This document shows, piece by piece, positions 29,051-39,455 of a DNA stretch of 64,000 bases. Numbering within the stretch: position 1 is the first letter of the stretch; each line of letters begins with the position of its first letter. Where the stretch lies: the NCBI GenBank assembly GCA_964384105.1, contig CAYLJV010000002.1, positions 64,001-128,000 of the forward strand, written 5' to 3'. The position numbers and the translations under genes are program-made. This DNA comes from Candidatus Hadarchaeota archaeon. GTDB taxonomy: Archaea; Hadarchaeota; Hadarchaeia; Hadarchaeales; JAGGTB01. The notes under the pieces are model-generated. The model worked only from the letters and a program-made list of their open reading frames with translations. It ran no database searches and was not told the DNA's origin.

Positions 29051-29347
29051 TTAAATATCTAAATCCAATTTTTGGAATAACTCTTCGGGAGAAACACTTC
29101 GAACAAATATCTTTTTATTCCTAGATTTTTGTCCAGAAACTATCTCTATATCCCTGCCTATGATCTCTTGGAATTTTTCCAATAATTCTCTATTTGCTTT
29201 GCCTCGTCTAGGCTCAGAGACAACATAAACTTGCAATTGATTTCTCCAAGAGTCTACTTCACCAACTTCAAAACTTGTCGAACCGGTTGTAACCCTTAAA
29301 TCCAGTAGAATACCGTTATCTCTCTTTTCGAAAAAACTCCCAGACAT
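29051..29347 (-). CDS. DUF167/UPF0235 (YggU-like) protein
   Basis: V...P..GKANREL, IVSGQKSRNK. Confidence 0.85.
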   Translation of the reverse strand: MSGSFFEKRDNGILLDLRVTTGSTSFEVGEVDSWRNQLQVYVVSEPRRGKANRELLEKFQEIIGRDIEIVSGQKSRNKKIFVRSVSPEELFQKLDLDI

Positions 29348-29359
29348 TTAGACACAAAC

Positions 29360-30148
29360 TCAGTATACAATAACACTCTCAACGCTAGGCAATTCTCTCA
29401 ACTCCTCGATTATCGCGCCACTGACGGGTTCTCCCGTTATTATCGTTAACTTAGGCTGAGCGGCAAAATAAGGGTCATCCGCAACAGACTGTCTAATGCT
29501 CAGTTTATGGTTTGAGATAACATTAGTAACTTCACTTATTATACCAGATCTAGAAGCATCAGAGGGTATTATCTCAATAACTCCCAAGTTAAGTTGTTGA
29601 GCTACGGCTTTCAAGTAAGGAATTGGTCTCAAGTTAGAAAACAGCTCCCTTAAATCATCATCTTTGACTATAGTTTCAGCAGTTGCATCAACGGCTCTTC
29701 GGTCTACTCCAGCTTCTTTACCAATCTGAACAGCGGGAACTCGAATATCCCCACAAACAACGTCTCCATTTTCTTTGACTCTAAGACCGTATTTGTAAAG
29801 TACTCTAGCAACCTTGAGCTGTGCAGGATTTCCAGAAAATATTTTCTGTATTTTCCCCCACATACTTGGCTCACCCACCTTTTCCCTCTCCTCTGCAACA
29901 CTGCGAGAGATTACCAATCTCATAACATCTTCAGCGAAGTCTGGATCAAGTCCCTTTTCTTCCGCCAGTTCCCTCGTCTTCTCTATCACTTTCATTTCTC
30001 GTTTCCTGTCCCTAACCTTTTTACCGGATTTCTTCTTCGATTCGAGTATCTTTTCTACCACGGCCATCCTTCTCGACAGGACATCTAGCAATTCCTCGTT
30101 AATTTTGTCTATTTCAGCGCGTAGATCTCCTAAATCTCCATTATTCAT
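29360..30148 (-). CDS. AroQ chorismate mutase fused to TrpY-type (HTH-ACT) regulator
   Basis: N-terminal LRAEIDKIN..LL..LSRR...K...VRD..RE; C-terminal MWGKI...GLRV...CGDI...GVDRRAV...SIRQ...DP...LTIIT. Confidence 0.88.
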   Translation of the reverse strand: MNNGDLGDLRAEIDKINEELLDVLSRRMAVVEKILESKKKSGKKVRDRKREMKVIEKTRELAEEKGLDPDFAEDVMRLVISRSVAEEREKVGEPSMWGKIQKIFSGNPAQLKVARVLYKYGLRVKENGDVVCGDIRVPAVQIGKEAGVDRRAVDATAETIVKDDDLRELFSNLRPIPYLKAVAQQLNLGVIEIIPSDASRSGIISEVTNVISNHKLSIRQSVADDPYFAAQPKLTIITGEPVSGAIIEELRELPSVESVIVY

Positions 30149-31010
30149 TTTCTACTCTCGCTCCCATACTAGATGGTCTAGTTTTGATGACCTCTCCATT
30201 TTCGAGATCCCAACCATCCATTATTTTCTCTGTATTTTTAGCTCTGGTTATGGCTACGGTAGCCGGGCCAGTCCCGGTTAGGCCCGCGCCTTCCGCCCCA
30301 TTAGACAAGGCCTCCAAAGCCGGCTCTGGATCGTAACCAAGAACCGAAGAATAGAGAAGCCCGTTAACCGTCTGAGCACCATAAATATTTCCCTCGATAG
30401 CCTTTTCTTGAGCAACCTCAACCAAATCGCTAATGAGTTTAGTTCGTTGAACATCCACTTCTTTTGTGTAAGATCGCTCAGGAGGTAGGTATATAAGTAC
30501 AATTAGATCAGATGGCACCTCAAATCTTCTTAAAATTTCGTTCTTCTTGTTATCCGTAACAACTCCACCACCCAAATATGAGGCCGAAGCATCATCAAAA
30601 GCTCCCGTGATGGTAGTGCCGGCCTCGAAAGCTGCTTCTATTCCAACAGTAACCGCATCTAATGGATCAGGTTCTACACCTAAAGCGGAATAAGTCGCTA
30701 GAACGGTGGCATTTGCAGCAGCGCTACTACTTGAGAGACCTACCGCTATAGGAAGATCCGTCGTGGTTTCCACCCTTCCTCCATACTCATCCAATAAATC
30801 CAGCTTCTCAAGAACTTTCTTCACGGATATTTCGATCAACTCGGAATCCTCATCAGTGTCACCAACTTTACCCGAAATCTCTGAAGAATCCCGAATCAAC
30901 TCTACGGTTGACTGAACTCTAAGGTCAATTGCAAAAGCAGAACCTACCCCCGTAGAAATAGCATTTATTACAGTCGCAGAACCACATGCCGAGGCAATTC
31001 CTCTCTCCAT
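30141..31010 (-). CDS. aroK: Archaeal (GHMP) shikimate kinase
   Basis: ATVINAISTGVGSA, GLSSSSAAANA, TITGAFDDA, GLTGTGP. Confidence 0.93.
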   Translation of the reverse strand: MERGIASACGSATVINAISTGVGSAFAIDLRVQSTVELIRDSSEISGKVGDTDEDSELIEISVKKVLEKLDLLDEYGGRVETTTDLPIAVGLSSSSAAANATVLATYSALGVEPDPLDAVTVGIEAAFEAGTTITGAFDDASASYLGGGVVTDNKKNEILRRFEVPSDLIVLIYLPPERSYTKEVDVQRTKLISDLVEVAQEKAIEGNIYGAQTVNGLLYSSVLGYDPEPALEALSNGAEGAGLTGTGPATVAITRAKNTEKIMDGWDLENGEVIKTRPSSMGARVENE

Positions 31011-31017
31011 ACCCCCC

Positions 31018-32124
31018 TCAACTCCTGAATCCAATATTATCAGGTTTTATCTTTCCTGACCTCAACATCATATCGGCCAGAACTATAGCAAGCATAGATT
31101 CTGCTACGGGAACCATCCTCGGACATATATTTGGATCATGACGGCCCTTCAATTCAATCTTCGTTTCCTCCATAGTCTCCAGGTCGACGGTTTTCTGAAG
31201 TTTAGAAATCGAAGACGGCGGCTTAACCGCTATCCTAACCACTATCTGCGCACCGGTGCTAATCCCTCCCAGAACTCCGCCAGCTCTATTTGTCTCTGGT
31301 TTGATCTCACCGTCCACTACCTTGAAACTATCGTTTACTTCCGACCCACGAGCTCTAGCTGATTCGAATCCTAAACCGAATTCTACTCCTTTAACGGCAC
31401 CCACCGACATCAGGGCATGAGCAATCTTAGCTTCAAGTTTATCAAATATCGGTTCACCCAGTCCAGAGGGTACGTTTTTAGCAACTATCTCTACGATCCC
31501 TCCAGTGCTGTCACCATCCTCCTTAGCCTCTAAAACAGCAGATTCCATTTCTTCTGCGACCTCTGGATCCGCACATCTCATCGGATTTTTACCCACATTG
31601 CGTTCTATTTCTTCAAAACTTACTTCCTTATCTAAACCAATTCCAGCGGCCTCTATCGTGTGAGCCAAAACTTTCACGTTACGAAGTGAAATCAATTTTT
31701 TTGCTATAGCTCCAGCTGCGACCCTTCCTACTGTTTCCCGTCCCGAAGCTCTAGAACCTCCTCGATAATCCACGTGGCTATATTTTAACCTATACGTCAA
31801 ATCGGCATGTCCAGGTCGTGGTTTAAACATCATATCTTCATAAGGTTTTGAATCCACATCTTTGTTCCAAACTAACATCTGAATCGGCGTGCCAATCGTC
31901 TTATCCTCAAAAACTCCCGAGAGTATTTCAACTTCGTCCCTTTCACTTCTTTTAGTCTCCACTTTGGATTTCCCAGGACGGCGACGGTCAAGGTCAGCCT
32001 GAATATCTGATTTCCTTAATTCAAGACCCGCTGGAACCCCATCGACGACGACCCCAACTGCTTTGCCATGGCTCTCTCCAAAGGTCGTAATTCGAAATAT
32101 TTTACCAAAACTATTTCCACCCAT
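31018..32124 (-). CDS. aroC: Chorismate synthase
   Basis: TFGESHG, RPGHAD, RASGRET, GGISTG, GRHDP. Confidence 0.97.
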   Translation of the reverse strand: MGGNSFGKIFRITTFGESHGKAVGVVVDGVPAGLELRKSDIQADLDRRRPGKSKVETKRSERDEVEILSGVFEDKTIGTPIQMLVWNKDVDSKPYEDMMFKPRPGHADLTYRLKYSHVDYRGGSRASGRETVGRVAAGAIAKKLISLRNVKVLAHTIEAAGIGLDKEVSFEEIERNVGKNPMRCADPEVAEEMESAVLEAKEDGDSTGGIVEIVAKNVPSGLGEPIFDKLEAKIAHALMSVGAVKGVEFGLGFESARARGSEVNDSFKVVDGEIKPETNRAGGVLGGISTGAQIVVRIAVKPPSSISKLQKTVDLETMEETKIELKGRHDPNICPRMVPVAESMLAIVLADMMLRSGKIKPDNIGFRS

Positions 32125-32471
32125 TACAAACGCCCGACCATTCATAAATTGGTCTATAAATCCTTTAAAACCAGCTAGTTATAAAAATACCTGAAAAAGT
32201 AGAATTTTAAAATTTTTATTACAGAAATCTAGAAAAATAAAGATATTTTAAGTGCATTCACATCGTTTTTTGGCTAACAATAAAATCGACTTAATGTCCT
32301 TAAAAATTGAGATAAATCTTTAAAAACGGAAATGATCATTTAAAAAAACCAAAAAAATAGAAGCCACTAATATCATTAATAAATCTAGCAGTAGAAAAAA
32401 CCTATGAATAGACATATCAAGAGTTTAATTCCAGAAAGATAATAGAAAAATGGCGTGAGTGCAATAGTTGA

Positions 32472-33467
32472 TTGATTATTATGGACTCAAACGGTTTAAA
32501 ATTCCCAATTTTTGCACTAGTATCCATAGTAGTCGTAGGAACAATCGGATTTCACTTTATAGAAGACATAAGCTTAATCAGATCAGTATACTGGACGATA
32601 GTAACAATCACCACAGTAGGATACGGGGATATAGTTCCACAGACCGAACTAGGATTGGTTTTTTCAATTGCGCTAATGACAATAGGGATAGGCACTATAC
32701 TTTATGTACTAACAACCGTCGGGAAAAACATTGTAGAGGGTAAAGTTTGGGGATTCTTCATGAGAGCCGAAAAAGAAGAGGAAGTAGAAGAATTAGAGGA
32801 TCATCTTGTCGTATGTGGATATGGAGACCTCGGACAAACCATAACACAAGAACTTCTTCTGGGCAATAAGGACCTTGTCATAATAGACAGAAACGAGGAA
32901 ATTCTCAGAGAGAAAGCGGCCGACCTACCATATATAGTTGGAGACGCAACCAGCGAAGAAGTGCTCGAAAAAGCACAGATAACAAAGGCAAATGGTCTTT
33001 TTGCAGCACTAAGCGAAGATTCTGAAAATATTTTACTAACCCTAATTGCCAAAGATATTAATCCAAAAGTAAGAGTAATAACTAGAGCTGATACTAGCGA
33101 AGGTGCAAAACATCTACGCAGAGCGGGGGCTGAGGCAGTTATACTCCCCGACCGAGAAGGCGGAATAAGGATGGCAAGATCTTTCTTACATCCGGAGATT
33201 ACAAGCTTATATGATCATCTACTTATGGGAGACGTTGGTAGGGCCGGAGTCGTAAATGTTCCATATGAAGGAAAATTAGATGGAGTAACAATCAAAGAGT
33301 CTAACATAAGAGGGGAAATAGGTGTCTCAGTAATTGCAATAAAACGAGATGAAGAATTAATCACCAATCCAAAGCTCGACCAAGAAATACAAGGTGGAGA
33401 TTCACTGATCGTAATGGGAACACTCTCACAGATAAAAAAATTGAGAGAATGGCTATCTGAAGAATAA
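32472..33467 (+). CDS. 2-TM potassium channel with RCK domains (MthK/Kch-like)
   Basis: TITTVGYGD selectivity filter; VVCGYGDLG RCK-N; RCK-C. Confidence 0.92.
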   Translation: MIIMDSNGLKFPIFALVSIVVVGTIGFHFIEDISLIRSVYWTIVTITTVGYGDIVPQTELGLVFSIALMTIGIGTILYVLTTVGKNIVEGKVWGFFMRAEKEEEVEELEDHLVVCGYGDLGQTITQELLLGNKDLVIIDRNEEILREKAADLPYIVGDATSEEVLEKAQITKANGLFAALSEDSENILLTLIAKDINPKVRVITRADTSEGAKHLRRAGAEAVILPDREGGIRMARSFLHPEITSLYDHLLMGDVGRAGVVNVPYEGKLDGVTIKESNIRGEIGVSVIAIKRDEELITNPKLDQEIQGGDSLIVMGTLSQIKKLREWLSEE

Positions 33468-33479
33468 ATTTCAGAAAAT

Positions 33480-34769
33480 CTATTTTTGAACACTCATCTT
33501 TGCTCCAAGTCCCTGCATATCTTTAACAAATCCGGGGTAAGATATCCCAATATTCTCGGCACCTTTTATTTTAACAGTTTTATCAGCGGATAATCCAGCA
33601 ATTGCAAAAGCCATGGCCATTCTATGATCCCCATAGGAATCCACAGTTCCACCCCTCAAACTCGGGCTCCCCCGAATTTTAAGTTCGTCTTCTGACTCCT
33701 CAATTTCTGCACCAAGCTTCTTTAATTCACTAGTTAGAACACTCAGCCGATCTACTTCCTTATATCTCAAATGTGATATATTATAGAGTCTTGTTCGACC
33801 CTCAGCCACCGAACCCAAAACAGCTAGAACAGGGACTAAATCGGGAGTATTTAAACAATCTGCTTCGATTCCCTGCAACTGCTGTTTTCCAGATACTTTT
33901 ATCTCCTTACCTTTGACTTCCAAATCAGCTCCAAAATCCTCCAAAAGCTGAATAATCTTTTTATCTCCTTGAGCATCCTTAGGATCCAGATTCTTAACCA
34001 CCACTTCTTTGCCCGCTAAAGCGCCGGCACCCAACAAAAACGCTGCTGAAGAAAAATCACCTGGAACAGTGAATTCAAATGGCTTGAAAATCTGCTTACC
34101 CGGGATACTATAATTCATTAAAGAAGAAACGATTTCAATATCGGCACCTACAAGTTCCAACGCTCTAAGAGTCATAAGAACATAGGGTTTTGACTTAAGT
34201 TCATCCTCTACTTCTATATCAGCTCCAACTTCTGAATAGGGGGTTGCAATTAAGAGAGCGGAGACAAACTGAGAGCTTATTTTACCGGTTATAGTAGTTT
34301 CACCTCCTTCCAAACCACCGCCTACAACCACCGGCGGCCTACCATTTCTACCTCGAGCTTCCGCATCAGCTCCTAGGTCCACTAATGAACTTATCAGTGG
34401 GCCCATTGGTCTCTTCAAAATAGATTCATCCCCAGTCAGCAGAACTCGCTCGGAGGATAACGCGGAAATCGCCGTCATTAATCTCAGAGTTGTACCAGAA
34501 TTACGAACATCAATCTTATTCTTCCGTGGTCTAATCTTCCCTCCAGTTCCCGAGATAATTACACTATTCTCTTCGTATTGAACCTGACCGCCCAAGGTCT
34601 CAACCGCTTCCATAGTCGCCCGAGTATCCAAACTCAAAAGAGGTTTTCGTATCGTACTCTTACCATCTGCTAATAAAGCCACTGATAATAACCTATGAGT
34701 GTAACTCTTCGAAGAAGGAGCCTCAATCTCCCCGTCCAGATCAGACGGTCTAACTATTAACCAGCTCAT
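33480..34769 (-). CDS. aroA: EPSP synthase (canonical)
   Basis: SSKSYTHR, NSGTTLR, RPM, SSQF, PGDFSSA, PD, KEVDR, DHRMAM. Confidence 0.97.
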   Translation of the reverse strand: MSWLIVRPSDLDGEIEAPSSKSYTHRLLSVALLADGKSTIRKPLLSLDTRATMEAVETLGGQVQYEENSVIISGTGGKIRPRKNKIDVRNSGTTLRLMTAISALSSERVLLTGDESILKRPMGPLISSLVDLGADAEARGRNGRPPVVVGGGLEGGETTITGKISSQFVSALLIATPYSEVGADIEVEDELKSKPYVLMTLRALELVGADIEIVSSLMNYSIPGKQIFKPFEFTVPGDFSSAAFLLGAGALAGKEVVVKNLDPKDAQGDKKIIQLLEDFGADLEVKGKEIKVSGKQQLQGIEADCLNTPDLVPVLAVLGSVAEGRTRLYNISHLRYKEVDRLSVLTSELKKLGAEIEESEDELKIRGSPSLRGGTVDSYGDHRMAMAFAIAGLSADKTVKIKGAENIGISYPGFVKDMQGLGAKMSVQK

Positions 34770-34881
34770 AAAACTCTATTAAGAAATTCTCATACGATGG
34801 ATTTAAGAACTTTTGTTCTTCGGAAGAAATTTACGATTAATTTTTAATTGCATGATAACAATATTCATCGAGGAGTCAAAA

Positions 34882-35676
34882 ATGTCTGAAATAGGTAAAG
34901 AAATAAGAATGGAAAGAATCACCAATCGAGAAACAGGAAGAACAATAATCGTTCCAATGGATCACGGAATAACGATGGGTCCCATAGACGGATTAAGAGA
35001 CATGACTGGTGCAGTCAACAAGGTAGCCGAAGGCGGAGCCAATGCGGTTCTAGTCCACAAGGGTATAGTGAGAGCAGGCCATAGAGGCTATGGACAGGAT
35101 ATAGGTCTAATAATACACCTGTCTGCTAGCACTGTCCTAGGACCAGATCCTAACAAAAAAGTAGCTGTCACCTCCGTAGAAGAAGCCGTTTCTTTGGGGG
35201 CAGATGCTGTATCTGTTCACGTAAATGTAGGGGCTGAAAATGAGTCCGAGCAACTTAGAGAAATGGGCCGAATCTCGGAAGATTGTGCAGCTTGGGGTAT
35301 GCCTTTAATCGCTATGATGTACCCTAGAGGCAAAAAAGTCGAGGACCAACATGATGTTGAAGCAGTAGCACATGCAGCAAGAGTCGGAGCTGAACTTGGA
35401 GCGGATATAATAAAAACAAACTTCACAGGAACATCCTCTTCTTTCAGAGAGGTAACTGATGGCTGTCCGGTTCCGGTCGTAATTGCCGGCGGACCAAAAG
35501 CGGATACTGATATGGATATCTTAGAAATGGTCTCGAAATCGATACGGGTTGGAGGAGCTGGCGTATCTATAGGTCGTAATGTCTTTCAACACAAAAACCC
35601 AACCGCTATGATACGAGCGCTCTCGAGAATAATTAACGAAGGCGCATCCGCTAAAGAAGCCGCGGAAGAGTTATAG
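34882..35676 (+). CDS. aroA': 2-amino-3,7-dideoxy-D-threo-hept-6-ulosonate synthase
   Basis: [38 protein letters not shown]; precedes DHQ synthase II. Confidence 0.9.
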   Translation: MSEIGKEIRMERITNRETGRTIIVPMDHGITMGPIDGLRDMTGAVNKVAEGGANAVLVHKGIVRAGHRGYGQDIGLIIHLSASTVLGPDPNKKVAVTSVEEAVSLGADAVSVHVNVGAENESEQLREMGRISEDCAAWGMPLIAMMYPRGKKVEDQHDVEAVAHAARVGAELGADIIKTNFTGTSSSFREVTDGCPVPVVIAGGPKADTDMDILEMVSKSIRVGGAGVSIGRNVFQHKNPTAMIRALSRIINEGASAKEAAEEL

Positions 35677-35679
35677 GTC

Positions 35680-36789
35680 GTGAATCTCATGCGGAAAGAA
35701 GCATGGGTCAAAGCAGATTGGAATGAATCTTGGGACAAAAGAAAAAAATACATAACGTCCGCCCTAGAGGCGGGTGCCGATGGCCTAATAATCCCACCAG
35801 ACGACATAGAAAAGACCCGAAAATTAGGAAATATCAAAGTAATTTCAAGCTCAAAAGAAGCCGATGTACTCCTGATAAAGGCGTCGACCACCGATGAAGT
35901 AGATCAAGCTCTAGAAGAAATTGAAGAAAAAGAAAATGAAGTAGCCCTCTACATTGAGATTACTGGAAAAGAGCTTGAGAGAGCAGCTGTCGAAGCAGGA
36001 GATAGCGTTGACTTCCTTATCACCATAGCCAAAGATTGGAAAGTTATACCTCTAGAAAACATAATAGCAGAGCTGCAAGACTCAAAAGCTAAGATATTTG
36101 CCGGAGTTAAAGATTCTAAAGAAGCTAAAACGGCAATTGAAACACTGGAAGTAGGTGCAGACGGAGTAGTTTTGGACCCACGAGAGAAAGGTATCGAAGA
36201 AATCAGGAAAACCTGTGAAACCTTGGAGGACTTAGAGACCGAAAAATTCCAGTTAGCCCCAGCTAAAATCACAAAAGTAGAACCAAGTGGAATGGGAGAC
36301 AGAGTTTGCGTAGACACTACATCTCTCATGAAACTCGGAGAAGGAATGCTTGTCGGAAGCCAATCAAACGGCATGTTTCTCGTACATTCTGAAACACTCG
36401 AAAGCGAATACGTTTCGTCCAGACCATTCAGAGTAAACGCCGGCGCAGTCCATGCCTACATACAAGTGCCAGGTGGTAAAACAAAATATTTATCAGAATT
36501 AGAAAGTGGTGAGAAAGTCCTAATAGTAAACTCAGAAGGTGAATCCAAAGAAGCAACAGTAGGACGTGTAAAGATAGAAAGAAGGCCTATGCTTCTAATA
36601 GAAGCGGAAACCGAAGGAAGGAAAATAAGAACCTTACTTCAAAATGCGGAAACAATAAACCTGGTAGATAAGGAAGGCAATCCGATCTCAGTTTCAGAAT
36701 TAGAACCAGGAGACGAAGTTTTAACAAATCTTCAAAAAGGTGGACGTCACTTCGGAGCTCAAGTAGAAGAAACACTCGTTGAAAAGTAA
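35680..36789 (+). CDS. aroB': 3-dehydroquinate synthase II
   Basis: DWKVIPLEN, GDRVCVDT, RPFRVNAGAVHAY, LQNAETI, GRHFG. Confidence 0.95.
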   Translation: MNLMRKEAWVKADWNESWDKRKKYITSALEAGADGLIIPPDDIEKTRKLGNIKVISSSKEADVLLIKASTTDEVDQALEEIEEKENEVALYIEITGKELERAAVEAGDSVDFLITIAKDWKVIPLENIIAELQDSKAKIFAGVKDSKEAKTAIETLEVGADGVVLDPREKGIEEIRKTCETLEDLETEKFQLAPAKITKVEPSGMGDRVCVDTTSLMKLGEGMLVGSQSNGMFLVHSETLESEYVSSRPFRVNAGAVHAYIQVPGGKTKYLSELESGEKVLIVNSEGESKEATVGRVKIERRPMLLIEAETEGRKIRTLLQNAETINLVDKEGNPISVSELEPGDEVLTNLQKGGRHFGAQVEETLVEK

Positions 36790-36973
36790 TTCCAAAAACT
36801 CCTATTTTCTTTTATTTATCAAAGAAATCCAATCTGGGTTGAGAATTTTTGTTAAATTTAAATATTTGAGTTAAAAAGGTTAAAACGAACTCGCCCCTCT
36901 TAAAGTAAATTCTGTTTAATTAATAGGCGTTAAAATGATTATATCCAAAAACCAGAAATCAGGAGGGGGAAAT

Positions 36974-37684
36974 TTGATCGACTTTGGGAAACTCAAAATC
37001 CAGACGCCTGCCGTCTGTGCATCAGTGATCGGAACCGATTTAGACTCCATGAAAGATTCCTTAGAGAAAGCCATCAAAGCAGGAGCCGATATAGTAGAAT
37101 TAAGATTGGATAGATTAGAAAAAATCAGAGGATGGGAAGAATTACTCAAACACAATATACCAAAAATAGTGACTGTAAGATCAAAAAAAGAAGGTGGATT
37201 TTTTGAAGGAAAAGAAAAAGAGCGAATCGAAATCTTGATAGATGCAATAAACAGAGGAGTGGACTGCATCGATATCTCGCTCACGACACCCCAGATAGAA
37301 AAAAAGAATGTTTTAAAAAATGCAAAAAAGGCTGGTTCAAGTATTATACTATCCTTTCACGACTTTGAAAAAACGCCGACTTACGAAGAACTGAAGAAAA
37401 AAGCAGAAGAAATGAAAAAAAATGGGGCAGACTTCGCAAAAATAATAGGATTCGCCAGATCACCCGAAGATTCAATCGACATTCTAAAATTCCTTATCTT
37501 AGCCCGAAAAGAGGTCGAAATTCCTCTAATAGCCTTTGCAATGGGTGAAGAAGGAAAGTTCACAAGAGTCTCTGCACCTCTTTTAGGTTCACCTTTGACA
37601 TACTCTTCGGTCGGAGAAAAAGCCGCCCCGGGACAGATGGACGTTGAAGAAGTCATAGAAATACTAGATAAATTTAGAAAATAG
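36974..37684 (+). CDS. aroD: Type I 3-dehydroquinate dehydratase
   Basis: ELRLD, TVR...EGG, SFHDF..TP, AMGEEG..TR, APGQ. Confidence 0.95.
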   Translation: MIDFGKLKIQTPAVCASVIGTDLDSMKDSLEKAIKAGADIVELRLDRLEKIRGWEELLKHNIPKIVTVRSKKEGGFFEGKEKERIEILIDAINRGVDCIDISLTTPQIEKKNVLKNAKKAGSSIILSFHDFEKTPTYEELKKKAEEMKKNGADFAKIIGFARSPEDSIDILKFLILARKEVEIPLIAFAMGEEGKFTRVSAPLLGSPLTYSSVGEKAAPGQMDVEEVIEILDKFRK

Positions 37685-37738
37685 AATCAGTTACAAAGGA
37701 GTTTTTTACTAATAAGCATATTTTCAACTGGGAATAGG

Positions 37739-38593
37739 ATGATTAAGGGAAGTACAAAAGTTATAGCTTTATTAGGCGACCCAGTAGAACACAGCATATC
37801 TCCCGAAATGCAAAACGCTGCATTGGAAAAGAAAAAACTGGATTTTGTTTATGTGGCTTTTAAAGTACCTGAAAAATACGTCGAAGAATCGATTAAGGGA
37901 ATAAAATCCCTCGGTCTCAAAGGAGCGAACGTTACTATCCCTCACAAATCGGCCGTTATGAAATATCTTGACGAACTAGATGAAATCTCTCAGAAAATTG
38001 GAGCTGTAAACACAATAAATGAAGAAAATGGAAAGCTAAAAGGATACAATACGGACGGAAAAGGAGCTCTTAGAGCTCTAAGACGGAAAATCGGTGAAAT
38101 TCGCGGAAAAGAAGTGCTAATACTTGGAGCAGGCGGGGCTGCAAGGGCCATAGCCTTCACACTAATCGAATCAGGAGCCAATTTAAAAATCTCAAATCGT
38201 ACAGAAACTAAAGCCAATGATCTCGCGGCGGAATTAAAAGATAAGACTGGAAAATCTGTAACCCAAATACCCCAGAAAAGTAGAGAACTAGAAAATTCAA
38301 TAAAAGAATCAGATATCTTAATCAACTCAACATCAGTAGGGATGCATCCGAAAACCGACGAAACCATAGTAGACTCAGAAATGATGCATTCAAATCTTAC
38401 AGTTATGGATATCGTATACAACCCTCTAAAAACGCTATTGCTTCGAGAAGCAGATAAAGCCGGAGCAAAAACAATAAGCGGTATCGAAATGCTGATCCAG
38501 CAAGGTGCAGAATCCTTCGAAATCTGGACAGGTAAGAAAGCCCCAATCAACGTCATGCGAGATTATGCCATCAAAGCTATGGAGAGAAGATAA
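37739..38593 (+). CDS. aroE: Shikimate dehydrogenase
   Basis: GDPVEHSISP, NVTIPHK, GAVNT, NTDG, GAGGAA, DIVYNP. Confidence 0.96.
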   Translation: MIKGSTKVIALLGDPVEHSISPEMQNAALEKKKLDFVYVAFKVPEKYVEESIKGIKSLGLKGANVTIPHKSAVMKYLDELDEISQKIGAVNTINEENGKLKGYNTDGKGALRALRRKIGEIRGKEVLILGAGGAARAIAFTLIESGANLKISNRTETKANDLAAELKDKTGKSVTQIPQKSRELENSIKESDILINSTSVGMHPKTDETIVDSEMMHSNLTVMDIVYNPLKTLLLREADKAGAKTISGIEMLIQQGAESFEIWTGKKAPINVMRDYAIKAMERR

Positions 38594-38594
38594 A

Positions 38595-39455
38595 GTGAAG
38601 ATAGCAATCTTGGGGGCTGGATCTATGGGTAAGTGGTTTGCGAGATTTGCTAAAGAGAGAAGTTGGGAGATATCCATCTATGATATTAATAAGAAAAAAG
38701 GAAGAAAAATCTCAAAAGAACTAGGACTGGAATTTTCACCAAATAAAGAAGATGCTGTAGAAAATGCAGACGTAATTTTGATTTCTGTACCCATAACGGA
38801 AACTCCCAAACTGATAAAAGAGGCTTCAGAATCCGTAAAAGAAGGGTCTCTGCTAATAGACATTGCCTCGGTAAAGGAAAGAGCAGTAGAATCCATGAAA
38901 GAAGTGAAAAAAAGAATGGAATTAGTTTCAATACACCCTCTTTTCGGTCCAGGGGCCAAGAATCTGGATAATAAAAATATAATATCTATTCCTGTAGAAA
39001 AAGGAGAAAAATATCAACGATTAAAGAGCGAGTTTTCAGAACTTGGTGCAAAAATAGTAGAAATGGAAGCAGAAAAACATGACAAGCTTATGGCAGTTAT
39101 ACAATCTCTAACTCACTTCTCCCTCCTGACCCATTTTTCGGCATTCACCTCCATGGACTATAGTGACGAAGCAGAAAAATTTGAAACTCCCATATTCAAG
39201 AATTTATTCGATCTAACCAAAGCGTTCATGTACGAAAATCCTAAACTCTGTGCGGATATTCAGAGAGAAAACAGATACTCGGAGATAGCTAGGAATTCTA
39301 TAATAGAGGCTTCTAGAAACCTGAATGAGACGTTAGAATCAGGAGATATCAAAAAGATAGAAGAAATTTTCGACGAAGCCAGGGAAAAGATTGGCCCAGA
39401 AAAAATAGAGGCAGCTTATAAAAAAATTTACGCAAAGAAGGGAAATGAAAAATGA
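38595..39455 (+). CDS. tyrA: Prephenate dehydrogenase
   Basis: GAGSMG, DIASVK, HPLFGP, HDKLMA..Q.LTH; GTG start just after aroE. Confidence 0.93.
   Translation: MKIAILGAGSMGKWFARFAKERSWEISIYDINKKKGRKISKELGLEFSPNKEDAVENADVILISVPITETPKLIKEASESVKEGSLLIDIASVKERAVESMKEVKKRMELVSIHPLFGPGAKNLDNKNIISIPVEKGEKYQRLKSEFSELGAKIVEMEAEKHDKLMAVIQSLTHFSLLTHFSAFTSMDYSDEAEKFETPIFKNLFDLTKAFMYENPKLCADIQRENRYSEIARNSIIEASRNLNETLESGDIKKIEEIFDEAREKIGPEKIEAAYKKIYAKKGNEK

Noticed and set aside
38505-38594. N-terminal extension of TyrA in the ORF track
   Set aside because: Overlaps aroE; GTG at 38595 gives the normal Rossmann start. Similar over-extensions were trimmed for trpF, aroK, aroD, nob1 and the AOR fusion.
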